Source of the DNA: Amphiscolops sp. MND2022
Lineage: Eukaryota
Length of the DNA stretch: 64,000 nucleotides
Assembly: GCA_964187785.1 (NCBI GenBank)
Contig: OZ076409.1
Location: 89,344,001-89,408,000 of the forward strand
Reading direction: 5' to 3'
Shown: positions 23,808 to 33,443 of the stretch, piece after piece
Position numbering within the stretch: the stretch's first letter is position 1
How the letters are laid out: every line of letters starts with the position of its first letter
Made by a program: the position numbers and the translations under genes
Notes under the pieces: model-generated
What the model saw: only the letters and a program-made list of their open reading frames with translations
Databases searched by the model: none
What the model was told of the DNA's origin: nothing

Positions 23808-26800
23808 ATGACTCCACGGGCGGACCCACGAACGGCGGTTGTCGAGAGAAACCCCTCGGATTCCCAGGAGATTACCAATAGCATAGGCGGGAATCCCTTT
23901 CGGAGCGGATATGCGCTACCGGGGGCATCGGCGAAAGCATCGAGTAGGCCGGCGGAGAATCTGAAAACAACCGTGACGGAGAATCCGTTAAGATACGTTT
24001 TTCGAACGCCACCCTCGGCGGGTCCAAAGGTTAACTACACGAATGGGAGCCGAGCATCCCACACGCCAAGCTCTCAAGCCAGCGCTGACACCAATCCTGA
24101 CTCAACGATAACCAAAGCAAGAAAGGAAGCGCAAGCAATTCGAGAAGACTTTCAGAGCAGCCTAGCTCAGCTAGCCCAAGTCCAGACGAAGCTGGCGCGG
24201 GAAAACAACGAACATGAAATGAGCGCAGACCTGATAATGAGGGACATGGACGAGCTGCGAAGAGGTCTTCTGGAAATTCAAGCGGAAGGACGACAGAATC
24301 AGGGCCGACTGGAGGCATCTATGGCATCACTCAACGACCTGATTAAACAGAGAGAGACCACGGCGGATGCCCGCATGGCTGAGATGTCTGCAGTAATGAG
24401 AGAAAGAGACCGCCAGGCCGACGAACGCATGAAGGCAATGACGAACACAATGCAGCGCCGCGACATGGACTCCAATGTCCGCATGGCGGACTTGATGATG
24501 GCAATGCAAGACTTGACGCTAGGCGTGAAAGCAATTGTGTCACAAACCCCAGCATCGCAGGCACAGACAGCGTCACGGGCGCCCCAAAAATACCAGCAAG
24601 CCGAAGTGCCCTCTACAAGTGCAGCTCCCCAACCTCCCTACCGGACGGTGGCACAGCACACAGTGGAGCCTGCTAGGCCCCCAAAACTAGTGCCACCCGC
24701 GACATACAGGCGTGACCCCTGGAAAGCTAGTAAAATGGCTAAGGTAGCCCACGCAGAGTCACGAGACGCCGGCACAGACCCCATGACTGACCCGCCATCG
24801 TTCGACCAGTACGCCCGCGGGGCAACCACCTCGGGCGATTTCCACTCCGCTGCCGACGAAATGAGCACCCGCAGAACCAGTTATTACACGGCCGATTCCA
24901 GCGCGGCATTCCGCCTACCTGCGCGAACGCAGACGTTCAGGGATTTTGTTCCGCGGCCAGTGGCCACCAGCACCCAGCGCAAGGTGACAACCAAGCGGAA
25001 CCTAGAACAAGGCAAAGGCGAACTTAGCGACGTGGAAGAGATGCCTTCTCAGGCAGAAGAGGCCCCGGACACGCCGAGGACTTCCCAAAGACAGGCACTA
25101 GCAGAAGCAATATCCACAGCTATGTCTAAAGGCTTGGAGCCATTGCTCGCCGTCAAAGAATCTAAAAACAAACCCACGAAATACAGAGGAACCCGGAACG
25201 GAAATGCAGATGGATGGATGATGCTGATGAAACGCCACTTGGAAAAAGCACACCCGAAGGCGACCCCCCTTGATAAAGCATGGACGATAATTGAGTATCT
25301 GGAGCATGAAGCCAGAGACTACATCACGAACAAGTCCGAGGCCGAGAGGGACACGGATGAGAAAGTGTTCGCACTGTTGGCGCGTCGCTTTGGGACAGGC
25401 TCCAGCAAAATCCACATCCAGCAGCAATTCAGAACCCGCAATCAGAATAGCGAAGAGGACTACATGCAATACCTTGATGCCCTCGAGGGCTTGCGTAGCC
25501 AGGGTTACCCTAATGAGGAAGTAACGGTTCGTCGATACGAAATCATGCAAAGATTCATCGAGGGAGTACGCAACTTTGAATTGAAAAGAAACCTCGCGCT
25601 GACGTACGCACCGGAGCAATACGTGGAGGCTCCGCCGACAGTGGAAGCCCTCCGCTTCACAGTACAACAATATTTACGCATGCGCGGCTCCGCTCGCTCG
25701 GACAACTACCCAATGATACCCCCTCCACAACAACAGGCCAACCTCCCACAACCTAATCAGTCTCCGGCAGCGCCCCTGCCGGCCCAAAAAATGCAGCAGC
25801 AGCAGCCCCCCCAACCTGCGGCACACCAACAACAACCTGCGGCACACCAACAACAACCTGCGCCACCGGCAGCCTACCGACAGCAACCCCAACGGGCGTG
25901 CTTCAATTGCGGAGATCCGTCGCACTTCGTGGTGGACTGCCCGCTGAAGGACCGCGCACGGAAGCCGGTGCAACAGCAAGTGAACTCCTGTCACACAAAC
26001 CCGTCCGGCAGTTGGATGTGCCCCTCTCAGCCACATGGCTTGAACTATGATGTTTTCCCAGCATCCCTACCGACCCAAGGCACGGTTGCCTTCTGCATAA
26101 ATTGCGGCCGTACTGAGCACTCGGCGTCGGAATGCATGGCCCCGGAGCACATTAGCCATGAAGAGCAAATCCGTGCAGCGTGGTATGCTCCTCCGCCAAG
26201 TCAATTCGACGGCCTGGGCCAAGACGACCAGGTCAGGGTAATATCGATAGCGGAAGATGGAGACCCCTCCCGACCGGTGGTAGTCACTTGTGGCGAAAAG
26301 CAAGTACTCACCACTCTGGAAGCACCCGCCCCAGATTGCACAGAAACACTTATCTCGATACACCTACTTCTCTCAGCCGAGCAGAAGTCGCGGCCCACGC
26401 TGACCTTATCGAAGCTGAAAGAGGAGTTATGCAGAAACGTGAAATATACGATCGCCGCGCGACCGCTTCCGCATTTTGCAAGGGAAGACGAAACGAAACT
26501 GACCCCAATACAGAAAGTCAAAACCATCTCTCCGGTACCGGTAGCCATTAACGTCGACGGCGTAGACATGAAATTCGACGCTATCGTAGTCCTAGAAGGT
26601 CACTTCCCTCAGGGATTGTACTTGGGCCGCCAGGAGTTACGGTGTTACAACATCGGGGTGCAAGATGTCCAGGGGGAGGCTCGCATAGATGAACGTGCAT
26701 CCTTGGTGGTTGCCTTTGGCAACACGAACCAGGAACCAATACCCTTGTACGGGATGGTGGACACCGGCTCGGGTGTTTCCATCCTCTCCCTCAAAGCCTA

Positions 26801-29800
26801 TCAAAAAATTGCAGCAGCCCACGCCTTGAGCCTCCTGCCTTATGACATCCAACTGTATGCTGCCAATGGCAAAACAATCAACACCATCGGCATTGCCGAA
26901 GATGTCAGCTTCCAGTTGGGCGGACATACCCTTCGAACCAACATTATAGTCATTGCCGATCACCTAGATGCGGAAGACTTTTTGCTCGGCAGAAACTTCT
27001 TGCGCACTTACAACGTCCTCGTGGACTTGACGGCCATGAGAGTCACCATACGAGACCCCAAAGCGCCACGCCACTTCAAACCCGTCCATGAGGTAAGTGA
27101 CCATGAGCCATCCTTAGTAATATCCACCGAAAAGGTAGTCCTAGGCCCCTATGAGCGTAAGCTGGTGCGAGCCCAAATTATTTCTCAAAAGCACAATGAG
27201 TACCACTTCCGGAACGTAATGATTCGCCCCCTGGGGGTGCATAAACGGTGCCCCTTTGTTTCAGAAGATACATTGACGTCTGTTGGAGACGAGGGCATTG
27301 TTTTCATAGCCGTACGAAACACTGCCGCCTTCGAAAACGTAACTATTCCAACCAAAACTGTCCTTGGTAAGGCAGAACCTACAAACTTTGTGTTGCAACC
27401 TGTGGCTGCCGATACGGCAACCGAAATTGATAAATCTTTGTTTGAACAAGTTAATAGAGTTTATAGAGATGAGTGTTTGAGCGAAACGAGTTCGGAATTC
27501 AGTTCTTTTGCTCAAAACTTTTTGTCCTCTACTGAGATGTCCGAGGAAGGGTTGTCGGAAAGTGAGAAGCATGCTAGGACAGACCCACAGTTACTAAAAC
27601 CTATACCAGGTCCAGACCTCTCTTCCGTCCTTTCTTCATGGGGGGAGGGGGCGAGAGATCAACTAGCAAACGTCTTGAATGAGTACGATGATCTTTTCAT
27701 GAAGCACAAGGGTGACATAGGGAGGTGCAAAATAGCGAAACATCGCATAGAACTAGAGCCAGAGGCTATCCCTCACAGAGAAGGCGCTCGGCGCATGTCC
27801 CCTGATAAGGCAGCGAAGGCCAACCAAGAGGTGCAGAATTTGTTCGCCCTTGGCCTAATTCAACCCTCCTACTCGCCGTGGGCAAGCGGGATAGTCATGG
27901 TCAAGAAGAAAACAGGCGAACTTCGCTTCTGTTGTGACTTTCGGCCGCTCAACGACGTGACGGTCAAAGACGCGTTCCCATTGCCCAGGATCGATGAAAG
28001 TCTATCCCGGATTGGCAATGCGAAGATCTTTACAAGTATCGACTTAGCGTGGGCCTTCTGGCAGATACCGCTAAAGAAACGCGATAGGAGGAAGACGGCG
28101 TTTGCCTGCGAACTAGGCTTATTCGAATGGCGGCGCATGCCCTTTGGGCTATGCAACGCTTCAGCCACATTCCAGCGCTCCATTACACGAGCCCTACAAC
28201 GGATCCAGCAGCGACACGGGAGTGTCGTCATGGCTTACATAGACGACATCGTCATCGCCACGGAAACCATAGAAGAACATATCGCACGAATCAAGGAAGT
28301 GTTCGAATGTCTCCGAGAGGCTGGATTCAAGATGCGTGCCGAGAATTGCGACTTCATGCGCACGGAGACAAAGTACCTGGGACGAGTGGTGTCCTCAGAA
28401 GGCATCAAGCCAGACCCCGAGGCAGTGATTAAAATCCAGGAATGGATGCCCCCGAGGAGCAGAGAGGAGCTTCAGAGCTTCCTAGGGTTCGCGAACTACT
28501 ACCGGGACTTTGTGCCGTTTCATGCAGCCAAGGTGCAACCCCTGCAGGAGTTGCTCAAGAAGAATCAGCATTTTCACTGGGAAGTGAAACACCAAGAGGC
28601 CTTCGATGCCGTGAAAGAGGCCCTAGCAAACGCGACCGCCTTGGCAGCCCCAAACGAAGACGGACGGTTCGTGCTCGATACCGATGCCAGCGCAGTAGCA
28701 ATAGCTGGAATCCTGCACCAGGAACAAGAATACAACGGGAAAACTGACCTACGGCCAATAGTCTTCGGAAGCAAGTCCCTGACGAAAACGCAACTGAATT
28801 ATGGAGCGCCCAAATTGGAAATGTATGCAGTGTTTTACTTCATCGAGAAGTTCCATTCGTACCTCGCAGGCCGAGAGTTCACGCTCCGCGTGGACAACCA
28901 GGCCCTATCGTGGCTTAAAACATACTCCATGGACCAAGCCATGATAGGCCGCTGGATAGCGCGTCTGGATCAGTACAACTTCAAGACGATCCACCGACCT
29001 CGCGCGCAGCACCGGAATGTGGACGGCCTCAGCAAACGGACTAACGACTATGTGCACCGAGAGAAAATCCTTGAGAAATTACCGCAAGTGAGCGAGGGAT
29101 TCAACTTCATGACCCAGAAGGACTATGAAGCGCTTCCCACCGTGCCATACTTCGATAAACACGGACGCCTGATACCAAACCACCCAGAGCTTCCACCGGA
29201 AGCTCGAGCACAACTCCCACTGCTGTACATCTTGAGGAAGGGGCCCAAAACGAGCTTGCAAGAGCCCTCGGCGAGTGATGCCCCGTGGTACCCTCAAGTA
29301 CAGTGGGAAACGACGCCCACCATCGATGAGGATCACCGACCAAACCATATCCTCAGCATCGCAGCCGGAGTGCCACCGGCACGCCTAGACACTGGAGAAC
29401 CTGACCCGGCGCTTGAAGGGATGCCACCCGAATGCCAAAGACAAGCCCATGCCCTCAGGACTGTTGGGACAGAGCTGCAAGAACACTTTCTAACTAAGCG
29501 CGGCCTCAAAGATCTGCACTTAGCGCACAGTAGGGATGTGCACCTCTTGGCGCTGAGAAAACTCATGAAAGGCGAACCATTGGAGGACGCCATATTTCCC
29601 GAAGACGTGCAGGACTTCGCGCGGCGCTACTTCCACCAAAAGAAAGACCTGCTCTTCCTGAATCTGGACGACATCCTCTGCGTCAACTACGTTCCGCAAC
29701 AGCGTGCGCTGCACGTGCGACCGTGCATGATAGTCATGCCCCAACTATACCAACACGAGATCTTGTATAGGGCGCACGACGAATCGGGACATCAGGGTGT

Positions 29801-32270
29801 AGGGAAGGTGCTAGCAAGAGTACAAGAGCGACACACTTGGCCGGGCATCAAGCGTGACATAGTCAATCACATTAAGCACTGCCTAACCTGCCAGCAAACC
29901 AAACACCCTGCCGGAAACCCCTGCTACCCCCTGCAGAACATCAACAGCAGCAACTTCAACGACCTAGTGCAATTTGACCATCTGAAACTGTGCAAAACCG
30001 AGTCGGGTAACACCGGTCTCTTGGTCATAATAGACCACTTCACGAAATTCGCCGAGGCTATCCCCTGTGCCCACGATGAATATGATGCCCAAACCACTGC
30101 CAAGATTATCCTCAATAAATGGTTTGCCAGGCACGGCACTCCAGCCCGTATGCAATCGGATAATGCCACGAATTTCACAGCTGAAATCGCGCAGGAGTTA
30201 ATGAAGGCGTCACAGGTGACAAAGGTGACATCCACACCGGCGCATCCCCGAGGAAATGGTCTTGTGGAGAGACAGAACCGAACACTGCTTACGTTGCTCC
30301 GAGTCTACACGTCGCGGCGAATGCAGGATTGGGACGAGCACATCGATGGAATCCTTGGTGCCTACAACTCAACTAGGCACGCCACCACGGGATTCTCTCC
30401 CTACATGCTCCAACATGGAGCCGAAAAGTCCATTCCCTTATCATTCATCTACCCGGAATTTGCTGCGCGAGGATTCGACTCCAAAGAAGAATTCGTAGAA
30501 CACCTTCTGGCCAGGCAACAAGAAATCCACGAACTAGTTAGAAGAAACACACACCAAGCACAGCTAAGGCAAAAGCTAAAGTTTGACCGCCACCTCAAGG
30601 CCAAAGCGCACGCCGTAGGCGATGCGGTGTGGGTGTTCTGCCATATCATACCTAAGGGTGGCACCCGCAAGCTGATTCGCGCATGGCGTGGACCCCACAA
30701 GGTGACTGATGTGTTGCAGGACGGACGACTATATGTGCTAGACACCGGTCAAAAGGTCCATTACGAAAGATTGAAAAGACACGTGCCCGCCCCCTGGGAC
30801 TGGGCTGCACTACAACCCTTTGGGCTGGACCAGAATGTAGCCATCATTGCCGATCCGTACGTGGAGGAAAGCAACGAAGAGATAACGTCGGACATCTCTC
30901 GAGACTCCTTCCTACCAGAACAACTTCCGGAAGCGTCGTTCGAAATGGAACCGACAGGATCGGTCCCACCCCGCACCGTTCAGACTCGTACGCAAACGGC
31001 CCTCGAGCAAGGAATACCCCGAAGAAGATTCAGTCACTTCGGATATCCCTCCGACTCGGACTCAGAAAGGGAAGAGAATGAACCGACAGTCCAGAACCCA
31101 GCATCGCCAGCAGTGTTCCCCGACCTAGACGACCTAGAGCCACTGTACTCCGACCAGGAGGAAGTTCAGCCAGCCGCACCTCCTAGTCTGATATCATCCC
31201 CCTCAGGGACCTCGGCCCCACTACTATCTAATCCGTCTCTGACAGATACCCTAAGCAACTTTCCCCTGTTCGGCCCCCGATCGGAGAACTCAATCAGTCC
31301 AGTGGAAACAAAACCACCGTCAGGAACCGAGGGAGAGGAAGAGATGGTCCATCAAAGTCCAGTCCAGTGCTCAACACATCTCGATACCACCAACCGCAGA
31401 GGAAGGCCTCGAGGCCGACCACCAGGTCGAGGACGACCCCGCGCCATGCCATCCAGTAAGACCACAACATCTTCGCGAACACAAACCACGCGACCCAGAA
31501 GAGGCCCTAAGACAAGGGTAAGCACTCGAGCACCCCCTCGAATACTGGACCGAGCCATGACACTACCGGAGATACCGGAGACACAATCACCACCGGAAAA
31601 CCGGAACTCTGAGATAGGACCGTCATCGCAAACATCACGATATCAACTGCCAGCTAATAGAGCACCGCGGTATAAGTGTGGAACCTGTGGTTCCCGTAAC
31701 TGTACTTGCGTCAAGCGACTGGCCTGCGATTCGCCGGACCACCGATTGGCCCGGGGAGCGGTTATCCCTGCAAGAGAATTCTCAATGGCCAGGGCACCAT
31801 ATCATCCACAACACGAGATCCTGACCGTGCAAGCCCAGCGAGAAAAAGTTGAGACCCCTCCGCTGGTACACCACCTAGTCATCACGGTAGAGAAAACATT
31901 CACTAGCGTAGAGCGAGAAGTGATACCACCGCTGGAAGAAACGCTCAGAGCAATGCACACGACATCTCCCTCCGACTGTCCCACTTACCGATTCAAGGAG
32001 TGGACACCACCCCTCCGAAGCGGTCTGGAGTTCACTCTCCATGCCATCATACCGCCCTTGCCACCCTCAATAACGTTCGGCGAGTTAGCGGAAAAGGACA
32101 GCAGCCCAGAAATGGTCCGCTGTATCACCGCACACCAACTGTGGGAGAAATACGGCATTGCCTCCCCGCCGGGAGACATTTACCAGCCCACCAAAGGATG
32201 GTGGCTACTCGTCACCTCTCTCGACGCAACGACGTTGGTGTCTCCCACAACGCTATTGATGTGCTTATAG
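23808..32270 (+). CDS. Gag-Pol polyprotein (2820 aa): coiled coil, capsid, two CCHC knuckles, pseudo-protease, protease, dUTPase-like region, RT, RNase H, integrase, long C-terminal extension
   Basis: CFNCGDPSHFVVDC, CINCGRTEHSASEC, VDTGS (26760), YIDD (28236), DTDAS, HDESGH..CLTC, FDH..SDN..VERQN, WRGPHKV. Confidence 0.97.
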   Translation: MTPRADPRTAVVERNPSDSQEITNSIGGNPFRSGYALPGASAKASSRPAENLKTTVTENPLRYVFRTPPSAGPKVNYTNGSRASHTPSSQASADTNPDSTITKARKEAQAIREDFQSSLAQLAQVQTKLARENNEHEMSADLIMRDMDELRRGLLEIQAEGRQNQGRLEASMASLNDLIKQRETTADARMAEMSAVMRERDRQADERMKAMTNTMQRRDMDSNVRMADLMMAMQDLTLGVKAIVSQTPASQAQTASRAPQKYQQAEVPSTSAAPQPPYRTVAQHTVEPARPPKLVPPATYRRDPWKASKMAKVAHAESRDAGTDPMTDPPSFDQYARGATTSGDFHSAADEMSTRRTSYYTADSSAAFRLPARTQTFRDFVPRPVATSTQRKVTTKRNLEQGKGELSDVEEMPSQAEEAPDTPRTSQRQALAEAISTAMSKGLEPLLAVKESKNKPTKYRGTRNGNADGWMMLMKRHLEKAHPKATPLDKAWTIIEYLEHEARDYITNKSEAERDTDEKVFALLARRFGTGSSKIHIQQQFRTRNQNSEEDYMQYLDALEGLRSQGYPNEEVTVRRYEIMQRFIEGVRNFELKRNLALTYAPEQYVEAPPTVEALRFTVQQYLRMRGSARSDNYPMIPPPQQQANLPQPNQSPAAPLPAQKMQQQQPPQPAAHQQQPAAHQQQPAPPAAYRQQPQRACFNCGDPSHFVVDCPLKDRARKPVQQQVNSCHTNPSGSWMCPSQPHGLNYDVFPASLPTQGTVAFCINCGRTEHSASECMAPEHISHEEQIRAAWYAPPPSQFDGLGQDDQVRVISIAEDGDPSRPVVVTCGEKQVLTTLEAPAPDCTETLISIHLLLSAEQKSRPTLTLSKLKEELCRNVKYTIAARPLPHFAREDETKLTPIQKVKTISPVPVAINVDGVDMKFDAIVVLEGHFPQGLYLGRQELRCYNIGVQDVQGEARIDERASLVVAFGNTNQEPIPLYGMVDTGSGVSILSLKAYQKIAAAHALSLLPYDIQLYAANGKTINTIGIAEDVSFQLGGHTLRTNIIVIADHLDAEDFLLGRNFLRTYNVLVDLTAMRVTIRDPKAPRHFKPVHEVSDHEPSLVISTEKVVLGPYERKLVRAQIISQKHNEYHFRNVMIRPLGVHKRCPFVSEDTLTSVGDEGIVFIAVRNTAAFENVTIPTKTVLGKAEPTNFVLQPVAADTATEIDKSLFEQVNRVYRDECLSETSSEFSSFAQNFLSSTEMSEEGLSESEKHARTDPQLLKPIPGPDLSSVLSSWGEGARDQLANVLNEYDDLFMKHKGDIGRCKIAKHRIELEPEAIPHREGARRMSPDKAAKANQEVQNLFALGLIQPSYSPWASGIVMVKKKTGELRFCCDFRPLNDVTVKDAFPLPRIDESLSRIGNAKIFTSIDLAWAFWQIPLKKRDRRKTAFACELGLFEWRRMPFGLCNASATFQRSITRALQRIQQRHGSVVMAYIDDIVIATETIEEHIARIKEVFECLREAGFKMRAENCDFMRTETKYLGRVVSSEGIKPDPEAVIKIQEWMPPRSREELQSFLGFANYYRDFVPFHAAKVQPLQELLKKNQHFHWEVKHQEAFDAVKEALANATALAAPNEDGRFVLDTDASAVAIAGILHQEQEYNGKTDLRPIVFGSKSLTKTQLNYGAPKLEMYAVFYFIEKFHSYLAGREFTLRVDNQALSWLKTYSMDQAMIGRWIARLDQYNFKTIHRPRAQHRNVDGLSKRTNDYVHREKILEKLPQVSEGFNFMTQKDYEALPTVPYFDKHGRLIPNHPELPPEARAQLPLLYILRKGPKTSLQEPSASDAPWYPQVQWETTPTIDEDHRPNHILSIAAGVPPARLDTGEPDPALEGMPPECQRQAHALRTVGTELQEHFLTKRGLKDLHLAHSRDVHLLALRKLMKGEPLEDAIFPEDVQDFARRYFHQKKDLLFLNLDDILCVNYVPQQRALHVRPCMIVMPQLYQHEILYRAHDESGHQGVGKVLARVQERHTWPGIKRDIVNHIKHCLTCQQTKHPAGNPCYPLQNINSSNFNDLVQFDHLKLCKTESGNTGLLVIIDHFTKFAEAIPCAHDEYDAQTTAKIILNKWFARHGTPARMQSDNATNFTAEIAQELMKASQVTKVTSTPAHPRGNGLVERQNRTLLTLLRVYTSRRMQDWDEHIDGILGAYNSTRHATTGFSPYMLQHGAEKSIPLSFIYPEFAARGFDSKEEFVEHLLARQQEIHELVRRNTHQAQLRQKLKFDRHLKAKAHAVGDAVWVFCHIIPKGGTRKLIRAWRGPHKVTDVLQDGRLYVLDTGQKVHYERLKRHVPAPWDWAALQPFGLDQNVAIIADPYVEESNEEITSDISRDSFLPEQLPEASFEMEPTGSVPPRTVQTRTQTALEQGIPRRRFSHFGYPSDSDSEREENEPTVQNPASPAVFPDLDDLEPLYSDQEEVQPAAPPSLISSPSGTSAPLLSNPSLTDTLSNFPLFGPRSENSISPVETKPPSGTEGEEEMVHQSPVQCSTHLDTTNRRGRPRGRPPGRGRPRAMPSSKTTTSSRTQTTRPRRGPKTRVSTRAPPRILDRAMTLPEIPETQSPPENRNSEIGPSSQTSRYQLPANRAPRYKCGTCGSRNCTCVKRLACDSPDHRLARGAVIPAREFSMARAPYHPQHEILTVQAQREKVETPPLVHHLVITVEKTFTSVEREVIPPLEETLRAMHTTSPSDCPTYRFKEWTPPLRSGLEFTLHAIIPPLPPSITFGELAEKDSSPEMVRCITAHQLWEKYGIASPPGDIYQPTKGWWLLVTSLDATTLVSPTTLLMCL

Positions 32271-33113
32271 AGCTTGCGCACTGTAACGGAACCTGAAAAT
32301 ACACTCTGTTTCCACCTGGCCGACGTCTATCGCGGCAAGTTCCTGAGCCAACATTGGCTACAATTGATTGCGATCATCGTCTGCCGACAGGCGAAGATAT
32401 ACTTCTTGGACCGACAATCTTATACACCGGAAAAACCTGTCACGGTCAACGAAGCACTCTCCATAGCACACGATTGGTCATCCACCAACATGGGAGGTAG
32501 ACCGCTACGCCGCACCGTCTGGGAGGACCGCAAAGCGATCTTACAGCACCTAGCACCCCAATCTGATGGTGACCAGAGCAATACTACTGGTAAATGGCTC
32601 ATAACCCAGCCCAAGACCAGACCAAACTACCTACCTTGGATAACTTATGCCAATACAGATATCCTGCAGGCCCCTGGCACTGTGATACTGTGTTGCCCGG
32701 CAGATTTGCTCTCCTACTCTGCCACCACCCGTTATGTTATTCGCGAATACGGTCAGGAAAACATATTTCGCCTGAGGCCGGCAGTCGGCACCGCAATTCG
32801 TTTAGTCCGCTCGCCAACTGCACCTTGGAATAACGAAATTTTCCTTCTATGTACCCGAGCATCGAATAAACACCCACTCTTACATGAAGTACTCCATGCC
32901 TGCTTGACGAATTTGATACTCCAGCTCCATCGAAACCAAATTACCAGAATCCACTTGCCCATATATGATCCCGAGCGGTCGATGAACCTCCTACCAGCCT
33001 GGTACGCCACGCTACGCGATCACTTTGCAGACCAGAATATTGCGATAATCTTGCACGATCGCGTCTATGTCTCGATAGCATCGGTGACGTCATTCGATTT
33101 TGGCGGTAGTTAG
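32271..33113 (+). CDS. In-frame continuation of Pol beyond a single TAG; macrodomain-like (TARG1/OARD1 type)
   Basis: Same frame as gag-pol. ITYANTDILQAP..LCCPADL..IREYG..VGTAI..IFLLCTR..LHACL..NQITRIHLP..FADQNIAIILH aligns by eye with the OARD1/Poa1p macro fold. Confidence 0.7.
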   Translation, partial: SLRTVTEPENTLCFHLADVYRGKFLSQHWLQLIAIIVCRQAKIYFLDRQSYTPEKPVTVNEALSIAHDWSSTNMGGRPLRRTVWEDRKAILQHLAPQSDGDQSNTTGKWLITQPKTRPNYLPWITYANTDILQAPGTVILCCPADLLSYSATTRYVIREYGQENIFRLRPAVGTAIRLVRSPTAPWNNEIFLLCTRASNKHPLLHEVLHACLTNLILQLHRNQITRIHLPIYDPERSMNLLPAWYATLRDHFADQNIAIILHDRVYVSIASVTSFDFGGS

Positions 33114-33443
33114 GAACACGTTTCGTTCTCTTGGCAAACCAGGCCACTGGCCTTTTGTATTGCCTTTTTGTAACTAGGAAAGCACTTTAGGTTTTAACAA
33201 AAATGCACCGGTGAGTGCAAATTTTAGTAAATAACCACATGAACTTTTTAGCCTTATATTTTGTGTGTTCGTCCCAAAAAGTTTGAGTGACCATCAGTTT
33301 ACGTGACATTTTAACTCCAACTGTGACCTGTTTTTCAGTTTTGTCCTGTTGCTTCGCCTCTGCGCGGCTTCCCCAGTTATCACACCAAATCAGTCTTGCC
33401 ATCACAATCTTCGGTGCTAAACACTCCTTTATCATCATTTCCA

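Noticed and set aside
23806..23810. TAATG overlapping stop/start as a termination-reinitiation signal before gag
   Set aside because: The gag frame is already open from 23625, and the similar segment is in frame with MTP in the second element, so a single indel upstream is the simpler explanation.
32268..32273. Programmed stop-codon readthrough at the TAG ending pol
   Set aside because: The stop falls inside a predicted domain, lacks a CARYYA-type context, and a few nonsense changes are expected at ~1% LTR divergence. Needs sister copies to settle.
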